Shown: positions 39,202 through 52,156 of the stretch, piece after piece
How positions within the stretch are numbered: the first letter of the stretch is position 1
Layout: each line of letters begins with the position of its first letter
Assembly (NCBI GenBank): GCA_013239625.1
Contig: MU053487.1
Location: forward strand, 2,935,058 to 2,999,057
DNA length: 64,000 nt
Origin: Lama guanicoe
Taxonomy: Eukaryota
Reading direction: 5' to 3'
Made by a program: the position numbers and the translations under genes
The notes under the pieces: model-generated
What the model saw: the letters and a program-made list of their open reading frames with translations, nothing else
Database searches by the model: none
What the model was told of the DNA's origin: nothing

Positions 39202-39884
39202 TGGTTATATAATTCACTCAAGCACTGATATCTGGCCTGAAATCTTGGAAATCCATGTACCTTCATGCAGATGTTAAGGGATAAAGATCTTACTGTACTT
39301 TGGAACTTGCTGTTAAAAGAGACTGGTGGATGAAATGATCTGAAGAAACCTTGTGCGATGAATCCACTGAGCGGGTGGTGCTGTAAATCAGCTGTGGCCG
39401 TGGCCGACTCCTAAGACATTTCAAGTCTTTCTTGCCCAGCGTCAAGCGTGAAGTATTGTGCTAAAGACCTATGGGTGTTTTCTTCATATGTACCTTTCAT
39501 TGGAAGATTCCCAACAGGAATTTGGATGAAAAAACCTGATTCCTGAGGTCTGCTCTGCATCACCTTATACAGCAGACATCTCACCCTCCTTCTACTTGGA
39601 TTTGGAGATGAAAGCTTGGAGTCATGCCAGCGGGTCATCTGGTAAACCTCAGAATGGCGTCCCAACTTGGACATCGTGCATCAGACTCCACACGCCACAA
39701 GGACTAAATCAGTGCCCACCAAGCAGAGACTTGTGTCTGAATGTTGGGATGTGTTGCCTTTTCATGGTAACTTGAGTCCAGAGGTCTCCATTTCCCCTGT
39801 CACTCTTCCTGTCCCCGTTAGTGGTAATTGCAAAGTCCTTCCCAGAGATGACCATTCAACCCATCTTATTTTTTTTAAATCATG

Positions 39885-40290
39885 TCTTGGGGGGTTCTTA
39901 AGAAGTAGACCCCGAGACAAGGATTTTCATGCAGTGACTTATTAAAGAAGTGTCCCCAGGGCAGTCAGTAAGGACATGAGGGAAGCAGGAAGGGTGGGGG
40001 AGGAAGCCAAGGAAGAGAGCCATGTCAGGGCAGGTCTCGTGGGAGGAAGCTTCAGCCTGATCCCGCAGGGGGAGCTCTGGAGGGTCAGTTGTCCCAGCCC
40101 ATAGCAAGGTTGCTGACCTTTCACAGCCTTTGCACTCAGCGGAGCTACAAACCTTCTGCTTTCACTTCCTGCTGGCAAAATGGCCCCAGGATCTCAGGCG
40201 CAGTCCTCAAAAAGCGAGCTCACCCCCAGCCTGGGAGGCACACAAATGATGCAGAGGGATCTGGGCATGGCGCTGATATCCTGGCCTGTC
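39885..40290. mobile_element. ERVL LTR (LTR16-like) relic within the putative long ITGA9 3' UTR
   Basis: gggttcttaagaagtagaccccgagacaaggattttcatgcagtgacttatt...cagcctgatcccgcagggggagctctgga. Confidence 0.55.
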
Positions 40291-43227
40291 CCTGTGCGTG
40301 TTCGTGCTGAGCGCTGGCCTTCGCTATCCAAGCTCTCTGTCTGACTGTGTTTATTACCAGGCACACAGCGCTGCCCAGATTTGAGTGCAGTGCGATTCTC
40401 TGAAAGGGCAAGGAGGTGATGGATGTAGCGTGCTCAGCACCGCGCCTGGCCGCCAGTGAACCCTCAATAACTCTAGCTGCTGTCACCACTGCTGGAAAAC
40501 CATCTGGTGTGACAGAGAATGTGCCTAAGAGCAGGGACCGACAGAGTCCTTAGTGACTTATCCCAGCCTGCTCAAGCCCTGGGTACAAATGGAGGGCATT
40601 GGATGGGAATGAATCAAGAAATAAGACCAGGGGTCTTTCTTTTCGGGCTTTGTTAACTGCGAGCTAAAAATGTTGGGAGCCTGTGAACATTGGTGAAAAG
40701 ACACAGAACTCGACTTCAGGGGAGACAGGTTTTTCTATTACGCATGCTTGGCTAATACTTGCAAACAGATCTGAAGTTTGGGCAAAATTACGAGGGTTCA
40801 GGGAGGTCGCGAACCTGGCAGGGAACACATGAGTCTTATCATTTCTTATGCAGTTGACTCTGAGATGGGAAAATACACGATGCATCCAGCTTTCCTTGCT
40901 GGTGAACGTGGAAACAGATGACAGCCAGAGGGGCAAGGGCGTGAACTAGGCTGGTCTTAGAATGAAGTCAGGAATGTCCCTTCTCACAGAGGGATGGAGG
41001 CCAGGAGGTGACTACAGGCAGATGCAGGCCAAGAAGCCAGTTCTCAGAGTTCACTGATGAGCTCTGTCCTGAGCTGGGTTTTAGTCACTCATGCCACAGC
41101 TATCTGTGGGGCCGGGGCTGTGCACCAGGCTCTGTGCTAAGTGCCGGAGGTCCCCCAGGGAACACTACCAACACGTTTTGTTCCCGGGGGAAGCACACGT
41201 TCCCGCAGTCGAGCATAGAGCCCAGATTCTTTTACAAGCCCCCTTTGCAGCTTTTCCTTCGATGAACTCTTCTCGTGGTGTCATGTGGTCCTTCAGTAAA
41301 TCGTTCAGGATTCTTAGGCGGTAGGCCTGGGGCAGCTCCATCAGTGGCTTTGGCCAAGTGCATGAATGGTCACTGAGCAGCCTCCTGCAAGGGGTGCAGA
41401 CGCATGGGTGACAGTGTAGCAGGGTGACTGGCAGGCCCGCGGTTCCACCAGCCAGAGGGGAAAGCCTCATTTGGAGACGGGCAGGCTCCACGGGCAGCCT
41501 CAGAGCTGGTGTCCGTTTGCTTCTGGGTGATTGTGAATGGTGGACACACACAAGTGTTCGCATACCCGGGAGATGACTAAGATGTCATAGGGCAGCTTTT
41601 AAGAAAATTGTGCTTGGCATCCCCTGGAGCAGTACCGGCGGCCCCTCTGGACCCTGTTTGGGGAAGGGTGGTACCTCTGCTTATCTCGTGATGCTGAGTA
41701 GCAGGCAGGGCTGCAGGGACTGGGAGTCACCAGTGAGCACACTGAGAGGTAGAGAAATCGAGCAGGTTGTCAGCACTCTCCCAGCTCAGGCAGCTCCGAA
41801 GGCCTCGACAGGCTCTCAGAGGGAGCAGACAGGATGGGTTGGTGTGTCTCTGTCACGTCTCCGGAAGGTTCTTTTAGAATTCCACAGTGAGTTCCAGTTT
41901 CCATCCTTCCTGCTTCTCTGGGCTCACTGTGGAATCCTGTACCTTTAAATCTGCTTCAGCTTTTAGTTGTGTATTTGCTAGGATTTTAAGCAACTGTCAG
42001 AAGGATTGAGGTGCTTTTTAAATATGAAAAAAGGACCTTTGTAGAAATGAAGTGAAATAATACCCCCTTTGCAAAAATGACTATCTTATGCTAAGTTTGC
42101 ATGGGACTCAGGAGTTTGGAACATCCTCAGAGTGAGCCCTGGACCTGTCACAAAGAGGCCATGAGGGTTAGGAACGAGGGGACACCAGCAGGAGTGAGTA
42201 GGTCCAGTGACTTTATGGTGACTGACAGGCACATGTACGGAATCACTTGCTACTGAGGTCACTGAGGCAATTCTTCAGGAAAATTCCATCAGCATCACCA
42301 AGCCCATCAGCATTCGGAAGTCTGGTGAGCTTTGTAGAAAATCCAATACAAAGTCCTCCTTCACCAAGTCATAGGCAGCCTTCAGCCCTGGAGCCAAAGA
42401 CAAGGAGGTTAAAATAAAAAAAAAACCCAGCAGGCCTCCTGGAAACATCCAGGACCTGTTTCCAGTGTGGACGTGTGGTGGGCCCCTGAGGTGATACGAT
42501 GTGTGCCGTGTGCTGCCTGTGGAACTGTAGCATAGTCGTTTTAAAAAGGTGGTTCACTTTTATGTTTGGGTAAGGCTTCGTGCCAGGTGAGTGCAGGTAC
42601 ACATGCATTACACGGAAAACCTACGCCTGATGAAATGTACACCTGAGTCAGATCTCCCCAGATTCAGAGGCACTGCGAAGAATTGCTGTTTGGGAGAAAT
42701 GGCCCTTTAGCAGATGAAAGGAAAATGTTCCAAGCATGCAGAGTTTTAGTCTATGCTTTTGTTTTGCTGTATAGAGCAATAATATCCATAGTGGACAATG
42801 TGTTCTGAAGCAAAGAATGGCTGAAGGGAGGAGACAGAGGCAGTTGGGCCAAAATGAACCTTGTAGAATGTCTTCTGGTTTTTCAGCACGTTAGGGAGAT
42901 AATGAACAAATGTCCCACATGGTGCAATGCTTTAGAGCACAGTGACCTAGATTTCAGACTTCGTTAAGGTTTTGCGAAATTGTAATGTGCACGGTGTGAC
43001 TGGCAGAGTGAGTTTAAAGGCTTTAAGAGTGAATTCATTGCATGGCAGGCACCCACGCGAACGTCACTTCTAGAACGTGACTCGTGCATCCTTGGACGTT
43101 TCTGTTGAGGAATTACGGTGGGAGGGGTATCCCTCTTCACGAAGTCACGTGTATTAAAGTTTATGCAGTCACTTCTAAATCACTTGCACTGTTTGGGAAA
43201 TGCAGGTTTACAAAAATACGTGTTTGG

Positions 43228-43233
43228 AATAAA
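43228..43233 (+). terminator. Candidate distal polyadenylation signal (AATAAA)
   Basis: AATAAA with U-rich sequence downstream (gtttcgtctaatttctttg); a second hexamer ATTAAA lies at about 43154. Confidence 0.5.
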
Positions 43234-44924
43234 AAAAAAATGGCTGCAAATGATTCAGGAGTTTCGTCTAATTTCTTTGCTCACAAAGAACTTGAGCCTT
43301 TTTTAGGATGTTGGAGATGGGGTTTCTATGTAATAGACTATGAGCGTTCAAAGAGCACGTGCAGGTCCATCTAATTGTGTATGAACAACCCAGTCAATAT
43401 GGCTGAACTGTCCCTGGTCTTTGGTCTCCATTTCCATCACCCCCACCTTCTCTGGGCATCAGCCATCTGCCTCGGGCCACACCTGGGACCTTGGTCTTAC
43501 GATGATGTGCCCAAATTAAATGGGGTGATTCCTCTTTGTTAGCAGACTGCTTCCACGTGCGTCTACCAGTCACGAAGCATTTTCCTGGAAGCCTTTTGGT
43601 GGCATCCTTACACATTTGTAAACATTGTGTTCTCTTAGATTTTTCATCTCCTCCATCTGTCTTGTTATGTCCCTCTTCTTGTCTCAAATTGTTGTTCATT
43701 TGTGTGTTTTTCCCTACAAGAGACCAACAAAGGTCTCCTATTTTATTGGTCTCTTCAAGAACAAGACTGTGGCTCTACCAATCGAATCTACTGGCTTTTG
43801 GGTTTCGTTTCATTAATTACTGCTTTTATACTTATTAAGACTTATTTTTACTCCCCTGTGGTTAAAATCCACATACATACATACCACAAAGTATACAAGG
43901 AGGTATGCAAAGATACCACGGGGTTAAAACGGTTGTCTTTAGGTAGGTGGGATTGGAAGTATTTTTGCTTTGTGTTTTGTTTCGTTTTTACTTGCCTGAA
44001 TTTTAGTTTTCTACAGTGAGCATGTATTTCTTTTGTAATAATGAAACGGATGCAAATCATTTTTTAAATAAAGTCACATCTGGGAGAGTATGAATTGCTA
44101 AGCCAAGAGCGATCCCAGTTGTAGGTCTGGAAAGGAAGAGATTTGTTTGCAGCAAAGAGCACTAATCAGCCTGACACTTAGGACAAAGGCCCAGTGAGAA
44201 ATTCCAAGCTTTTTAATTCCGGATGCTTCCAGGCTTAACCAGACCTGCCACCATCACTAATGCTAATTAAATACGCTTCTCCAGTGTTGCCCAGCCTGTT
44301 TCCGTAAGCCAGGAAAAGACCTTGACAAATCAGAGGAATCAAAAGATACAAAATTAAGAGGAAGAAAATGGCCAATTAGTAAAGTCTGCCTCCCCTTCAA
44401 TTGGGAATTTTTCAGTCCATGGATTACCTCTGGTCCTTAATATCTGTCTGTTCATCAGGGTACTGTGCTTAGTAATGGAATTAGTGGGAGGGCTTAGGTA
44501 CAGCTCTGTCTACACTATCAACCCCATTGGCAGCTGTCCGCCAGCAAAGTCCCCTGACCCTGAGATCATGTCCATTCATCCTATGTAACATCCAGCTCAA
44601 GTGGATGTGACAAGATATCGCCAGCTCTGCGCTGAAATCTGAGGCTGTGCTGTCTGGGGCTGCTGCCAGACCGCTGCTTTGCCTCAAAGTCTAGTCCAGA
44701 TCATTGTGTACTTTATTTGATATGATTCTTCTATAATTGGAAAAATACCTAAAAATTAAAACATCTCAATAGAGATATTAGCACTCCTCCCCTTTGAAGA
44801 CACCAAATAGATGAACAGCACGGGGCATTTTTCAAAGGAGCTTCAAGAAACTTTTCTTCTGAGAAACGACAGATTCGGTAAAAATGAAATCCTCTCCACT
44901 GTGACATCTATTCATCTATTAGTG

Positions 44925-45310
44925 AAGAGAATATTTGGCTCCATAGAATAGAAAAATCTAAAATAACAATGGTTTAAACATGCTGGAAGTCAGTCCCTCT
45001 CTCAAGTAAAAGACCAGATGTGGGCCATCAAGTTCTGGAATACAGCTTCATGGATGATCAGGATACCAGCTCCTATCTTGCTAGGCATGTGGCTTCCATC
45101 CTTAAAGTTACCTCGTGGTCCCAGATGGCTACCAGGGTACGAGCCATTGTGTCCACATTCCAAGCCAACAATAGAGGCTGGGGATAAAATGTCACATGCC
45201 CCCTCCCTTTTAACTAGCCTTCCCAGAAGTCCCATCCAACACTGGCCAGAAATTAGTCATATAAATGCACCCATCCACAAAGGAGGCTGGGGAATGGATT
45301 ATTAAGGAAT
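44925..45310. mobile_element. MaLR LTR (MLT1-like) relic
   Basis: aaataacaatggtttaaaca...cagatggct...cacattccaagc...cactggccagaaattagtcat...caaaggaggctgggga. Confidence 0.6.
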
Positions 45311-48300
45311 AAGAGGAGAATACATGTCAGAGGTGGCCATACCCACCTGTATAAGGTACTCAGAATATAACTGCCTTAAGTCCTAAACATGTACCCTTCA
45401 AATTCTTAAGTCTGACTGGATTTGAGCAAGAAGAACACTTTTATTTGGGGTCGGAATCTGGGGTACGCAGAGTTGGTTAATCATATTCATGTCCACACAA
45501 AGCCCTCTCTTGTTTTATGTTATTTTTCTCCTTTATCCTGCCTGCCTCCCCACCACCCCCACTCACTTCCCTCATTCTCCCAGAGGCACCAAGTCTAGTG
45601 AATTGAATACATGTCCTTAGAAAGATATGTACATAGTAGTATTTTGTGTGTTTCCCTTAAATGGTATGGAGCCTGAAAGCTCACGCTGTGTTCTAGTTTT
45701 TGAGGATGTGTTCATGTTGCTGTGTTACATTCTACCTTGTTTCCACCGCATTTTTACTTCTCCAGCCTCTCTGAAGGAGACCTTTGACAGTGTTCATCCT
45801 CCTGCTGCAAATGAACGTTCTCTCCCATGCCCCCTGGTGGACCTGAGCTAGAATCTCTCTTGGTACATATTACCTGTGTTACATGTTAAGGTGGTTACAT
45901 TCTCGTTTTGCTAAGCACTGCCACATTCTCTCTAAAATGACAGCACGGTGGATGCACTCAGCAGCCGTGCATGTTCCTGCATCCTTGCCCAGCACAGAAT
46001 CATCTGACTTTCTTGCCCATCTCATGTGTACAGTGTGGTACAGAGTTGAGTCTGAATGTGTTTGACAGCCAGACACATGCGTCTCTTCATGTTCTTATTG
46101 GTCGTCTGGGTTTCCTCTTCCAGAATCAGTCTCTCCTCCTTGAACACTCTCTCCATGTGATTTCCGGAATAACACACCCACAACCTCCCTGGCCACTTCT
46201 CAGCCTCCTTTGCTGGTTCCTGCTCTTCTTCCCAGCCTCTTGATGTTGGAGGAACCCAGAGCTCGGACCTTGGAACTCCTCTCCATCTGCCCTCCTTGGA
46301 GATCCCCACTCAGGCTCTTGGCTTTACAGGTCACCGCCAGGACCCAGACGTGTGCCTCCAGCCGCACCCTCTCCCCTGAATTCTAGACTCACCTCTTTCT
46401 GTTTTCTACTTTCTGGGTTGTTGTTTTTTTTTTTCCCTGATGATTCTTATCCATGGTACCTTGTTTCATTGTGTGACTAGTGGGATTTTTTTGTTGCTTG
46501 GTTGATTTTTTTTTTGTCAGTCTGTATGGGTTTTTTGTTTGTTTGTTTGTTTGGTGTTCTTTTTTTTAACTACTAAGGGCTAATTTTCCTTGGGAAATTA
46601 TTTGCAGTAATTCTTTGAGAGAGAGGATGAAATTGTGTCCCTATAGAGAGCGTTTGTTTTTGTCTCTGCCAAGCACCAGTCTGGGACCGTACGTTGGGGT
46701 CTTGTGGGTGACTCAGTGTTAAGGCCAGCATGTGGTCGTTACTTCTCAGCAGTGATATTTCCATCACCCCCTGCCCACCCTGTGCTCCGCTCAGCACGGA
46801 GGAAAGTCTCCCCGGTTGAGTACCGGTAGGAACGGAGTTTCCGTTTGTCTGACATTGAGCTGGTGGCCCTTTGGGCTCCCACATTATGGGTCCCGGAACC
46901 TTGCAAGGCCATGAAAACCAAACCCCAGCTTTGTCAGGTTGACAGCTGCTCAGGGCTGAAGTGACTACAGTCCTCCCCTTCCTCCCTGCTCTGCCACCTT
47001 GACTCAGACTTCGGCTTGATGCTTTCACACTCTGGCCGTCTCTTCAGTGCTTCTAGGAGCATGCTATTTGAGAGAGTTTATTCTTCGTTTTTAATATCTT
47101 GGTTGTTGTCAGAAGGCTCAGTCTACCCTTTTTCATGGACTGGGAGCCTGGATGTCTATTTTCTACGTATCTAACTTTCTCATCAGTTTGTGTGTGTGTG
47201 TGTGAGACATTATTATAAACATTTCCCAGCATACAGAAAAGTTACGAGTTTTGCTGTAAGTCCCTGGATGCTCAGCGTTTAGGTGTCGTCCATCAGCGTT
47301 TTACTATACTTGGTTTATCACAGATTCCTCTCTCTATCCCTTCACGTGTCTGATTTTTAGGCATCTCAGAGTAGCTTGCAGATATTAGGACGTGTTCCCC
47401 CGTGTGTCAGTTGTTTTTTGTATGTTTGTTTGAATTGTTTGATCCAGTTGTATTTTTCACTTCTGTAAGTTCCATTTGGTTCTTTTTTTTTATCTATGTA
47501 GTCTCTCATCCCTGCACGTCTGTTTAAGCTTTTATTTTTCAAACTATGTTAAATTTAATTATTGTATGACGTGTGTCTAGCTGATGTCTTTTGTTACTAT
47601 TATCAGTTTCTCAGTTGTGGTGCCTTGTTCCCGTTGTGTTCTGCAATTTTTGTACTGTCCATTATTTGTTTTTCCCGAGAGCTTATCTATGGGAATTCGA
47701 GTTCGCTTCCTCCAGGGAAGATTGTCATTTGCGTCTGCAGAATGGCTGAGAGAATTAATAGTGTGGGACTGTTTTAAACTAAATTCTTGCCTTGAGTTTT
47801 TTCAGACCACCCAGGGAGTGTGTAGGCAGCCTGCAAACCGACGTTAGAGCAGGAGCAAGGTTGTAAGTTCTCTGGGGAGATGCTTTTTCTCCTCTGTTCA
47901 ACACCAGGCTTCTAGGTTGGCTATCTTCTTGGTGTATCTTGGGGTGGGGCGGTGGCAAGTTTATTTCTCATTTAGCTTTACACTGATGGTACAGTCTTTC
48001 ACTGTCCCAGATTCAGGAAGGGAGAGACCCCTTTCAAACTGTCCTCCTTGAGTGATTCCAGGACTGTGTCTCCGGTGCCCATCTCCCCACAACGCTAGGA
48101 AAACTCATGCCCAAATTCTCCAAATGTCTCCAAGACACAAGACAACTTCAGCACTCTGCCCACCACCCCCACCCGGGTTCCCACCTGAAATGAGAGCTTA
48201 GCCTGGGTATGACTTATTTTCTTGGCATTTTGTCAGTAATTTTTTTAAAAGAAAAATTATAGTTCATCCTGCACTTTTAGATGATTTCCACAGAAAAGTC

Positions 48301-50211
48301 AGCCATGCTTTCAGAAGTCTGTATTTTTCTAATTATTTGAAATATATCATAGTTTTAAATAATCTAATAAAGAGAACAATCTAGTAACTTCTTCCTCTCT
48401 CAAGTAATTGTCACGTGCTGTATTAAGAATTCAAGAACTCAAACTTTTAACATATGCAATAACTGATTATATGAGATACTGAAAGCAAGAAGATGAAAAG
48501 TTCTGTACAACATTGATGCAAGTTACTTATTCCCTCTGAGTTTTTCATTTCATTTGATCTACCTTTGAGTTGAAGTTTGTATTAAGAACAGTGCTGTTAA
48601 TGTAGCTATTGGCAGTAACCATGTGCAGTAAAACACTCTATACTATACTTGTGATTGTGCGTTGAAACTTATATGACCGTAAGAGCTGATGGGAGTAAGT
48701 ATAAATTAAAATCCTACTTGTCAGCGTTTACTACCAGCAGCAATAATTATTAGGATTTATTTTCACAGTGCTTACGTGTCCATAGCAAATGTTGTAAACC
48801 CAGACTTACTAGAAATGTCTACGAAGATTGGGATCTGGCAAGATCTATAAAATCAAATATATGATCTTTCTCTATACCAAGCTGAGAAAGTACACCCTAA
48901 CAGGAGCCAGATAATTTCTTGAGTGCTCCCTGAAGCCTCTTGAGACAAAAAAAAAAATAATAATAATATTTACCCAGGACCATGAGGACCGGGTTGCTCT
49001 GGGCCTCTGAGAATGAGTATGCATCTTAGAATGCCAGTGCCGTGTGGTGCGATTTGGCTCCTGTGCGGGATTGTTCTCTGGCTAGTGGGCTGAGGGTCAG
49101 CTCTATGAGAGGACGGGCAAGGGCAAGCACAGGTGACCTGAACGGCTGTGTTTTCATCCCAGATCGTCTCTCTGGCTCTCCATAGTCCCTGCTAAGTTAG
49201 CTCCTTCGCATGAAACATTGGAGTAACAACATATATTGCACAACCCGACTCTAGTGACGGTGTAGCTTCCTAAAGGGACCATTATTCCCTGGATAGGAGA
49301 TGCTCTGACACTATACATTAACCATTAAAATATTTAGTAAGTCCTTCCGCAAGTAAAATACAGACTATTTACCAGCCTCTTCTGAGAAACAATAACCATC
49401 CATGGCCCGTCCTTGTAAGCCTTCCTTAGGATGAGCAAGTATCTATCATGTTCTCACGCTGTGTCCAAACCTGTTGGTAGGTGATCATGTGGTGCAGTGT
49501 AGGGGTGTGGTTGAGAGGGCAAGCTCTTGATTTGGGAAGATCATGGAGAGAACACCCAGCCGGAGAGAAGTGCCCAGGAGCAGGAGAGCGCTGCACCCAC
49601 GAGGGCCCTGGGGGACCAGGAAGGGGCCCTTGACACTGGAGAGCCAGCCCCACCACGGGCACCACCCTGCCATGCCTGTCCTCTCCCGTAAAGGGTGGGC
49701 TGGCAGCCAGAGGAGCCCTCATCAGTGCTGAGGCCATGCCCACCACCACCACCCTGCCATGTCTCAGAACCTCGTTTATGGGGCCTTAGAAAGAAAATGA
49801 GCTCAACCGGGGCCCCTAGAACACACACACAGGGAATAACACAGCTGCACGTAATCACCATCGTGCCGAGGACGGGATTCAGGAATGTTCGCTTGGATGA
49901 TTCCGGCTGGAGTATGGATACATGGGTATCATGTGATCATGGCTCTTCTAGGCTTTCGTAACAGCAAAATCTAACATATATCAGTAACACCTAGAATCTG
50001 CAACTTGGACTTGTCGCCTACTCTGGAGATCCCTCCCTCGCTACAGGAATTTTTTCTTTGGCATCCCTGAAATTGCATGCCTCGAGCCTCTGCTCGAACG
50101 TTCTCATTGATGGAGCATTCACCATACTTCCCTGCCCCACAGGGTCAGTGCTGCCCCAGCCTTGGAGCTCTGTCTCCCCAACCCTCCCAGCCATCTGTGT
50201 CAAGCCCCCCT

Positions 50212-51570
50212 TTTTTAAATGATGGTAAAATACACATATATGATTTACCGTTTTAACCATTTTGAAGCACACAATTCAGTGATATTAAATACATTCACAT
50301 TGTTGTGCAACCATCATCACCACCCATCCCCCAAACTCTTTCCATCTTGTAAAACCAAAACCCTATACCTGTTAAACACTAACTCCTCACCCGCCTCTCC
50401 CTCCACCACCTGGCGACCACCATTCTACTTTCTGTCTTTATGATTTTGACTGCTCTACGTACCTCGTGTAAGTGGAATCATACAGCATTTGTCTTTTTGT
50501 GACTGTGTTCTTTCACTTAGCATAATCTCTTGAAGCTTCACCATATTGTAGCCAATGTCAGAATTTCCCTCCTTTTTAAGGGTAAATAATATTCCATTGA
50601 ATCCATATACCACACTTTGCTTATCCATTTCACTGGCTGATGGACCCTTGTGTTGCTTCCATGGTTATTGTAAATAACGCTGCTGTGAACATGGGTGTAC
50701 TAATATCCCTTTGAGACCCTGATTTCAGTTTTGTTGGATATATATCCAGAAGTAGAATTGTTGGATCATATGGTAATTCTGTTTTTAATTTTTTGAGGAG
50801 CCATCAGTCTGTTTTCCTCAGTGACTGTACCATTTTACATCCCCACCAACAGTAGGGGTCCAGGTCCTCCACATCCTTGCCAACAATTGTTTTCTGTTTG
50901 TTTGTTTGATAGCAGCCATCCTAATGGGTACGAAGTGGTATCTCATTATAGTTTTGATTTGTGTTTACCTAATGATTAGTGGTGTTGAGCACCTTTTCAT
51001 GGGCTATTTGTCGTTTGTGTATCTTCTTTCAAGAAATTTCTATTCAAATCCTTTGTCCATTTCTGAATTGGTTTGTTGTTGTTGATGAGTTTTAAAAGTT
51101 ACCTATATATTCTAGGTATTAAATGCCTATCAGATGTATGATTTGCAGATATTTTCTCCCATTCTGTGGTTGCCCTTTTAGTCTGGATCGTGTCTCTCGA
51201 TGTGCAAAATGTTTTAATTTTCATAAAGTCCAGTTTGTCTATTTATTCTTTTGTTGCCTGTGCCTTTAGTGTCATATCCAATAAATCATTGTCAAATCCA
51301 ATGTCGTGAAGCTTTGTCCTATGTTTTCTTCTAAGAGTGTTATTGTTTTTAGTCTGATATTTAGGTTCTTGATCCACTTGGGGTTAATTTTTATGTATGT
51401 TGTTAGGTAAGGGTCCAGTTTTTGCATGTGGATTTCCAGTTTCCCAGTACCATTTGTTGAAAACTGTCCTTTCCCCCATTGAATGGTGCCCTTGTCAAAA
51501 ACTAGGTGACCATATATGTGAGGATTTATTTCCAGGATCCTTATTCTATTCCCCTGGTCTTTGCGTCTAT
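50212..51570 (-). mobile_element. Old LINE-1 (L1M-type) 3' part including ORF2 C-terminus
   Basis: The minus-strand ORF 51272-51610 contains EINPHIYGHLVFDKG...KLDPYLTTYIKINPKWIKNLNIRLKTITLLEENIG (L1 ORF2). L1 3' UTR sequence continues to about 50212. Confidence 0.9.
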
Positions 51571-52072
51571 TTTTTCTTGTCTCCCCAACACTCCCAGACA
51601 TCTGTCCCAACTCTGCCTTTAAAAATGAAATATCTACTTTGTCTCCATGACAGCACTCAAAGCAGGTGAAAAGAGCTGCTATATAACCTACAAAATTTCT
51701 CTTTCCTGCATAAAGAAATCTCTAGTTTCTAAAACTATTTTTACGACAGTTTCCCCATCCTGTACCATCTCTGACATAAAGAAGAAGATAACTGTCAGCC
51801 TGCAGTGAAGCCACCCCTGAAATGTCCCTCCTTGCTCTGAGCTGCCAGCATAGCATTAATTCAGTAACCAGAATTTTTGTCTGTGTCTTACAGGCAGCTT
51901 TGCTGCCGTGTTGACTCCCATTAAGGTTGTGGGCAACTCCTAGGTATTTTTTAATTCTCTCCTATAAAAGAAAAAAGGAAAGTTGTTCCCCATGCCATGT
52001 GTTTTAATTCTGAAAAATATTTCCAAAAAGTGTAGACACTATTATACCAAATGCCTGGGAACCTACCACCAC

Positions 52073-52156
52073 TTTGTCACACTTCCTTCAGGTATTTCAT
52101 TGGCTTTTTTTTTTTTTTGTCACACTTCCTTCAAGTATTTCATTGGTTTTTTTTTT
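52073..52156. repeat. ~43-bp tandem duplication
   Basis: tttgtcacacttccttca(g/a)gtatttcattgg followed by a T run, present twice head to tail. Confidence 0.9.

Larger units (their letters stand above)
38818..43255 (+). other. ITGA9: ITGA9 3' UTR (long form; end inferred)
   Basis: Follows the stop codon. AU-rich block at about 39125-39215 with ATTAAA at 39196; AATAAA at 43228. The long end is inferred from my recollection that human ITGA9 has a multi-kb last exon. Confidence 0.55.

Noticed and set aside
48769..48922. Plus-strand protein-like frame AYVSIANVVNPDLLEMSTKIGIWQDL*NQIYDLSLYQAEK
   Set aside because: No good donor or phase-compatible neighbour. It also shows how easily AT-rich DNA looks protein-like, a caution for the minus-strand candidates.
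48974..49102. Extra minus-strand exon-like segment between the candidate clusters
   Set aside because: It would need introns of only about 35 bp on both sides, too short for mammalian splicing.
51272..51610. 112-aa minus-strand ORF
   Set aside because: Decayed LINE-1 ORF2 fragment, not a host gene.
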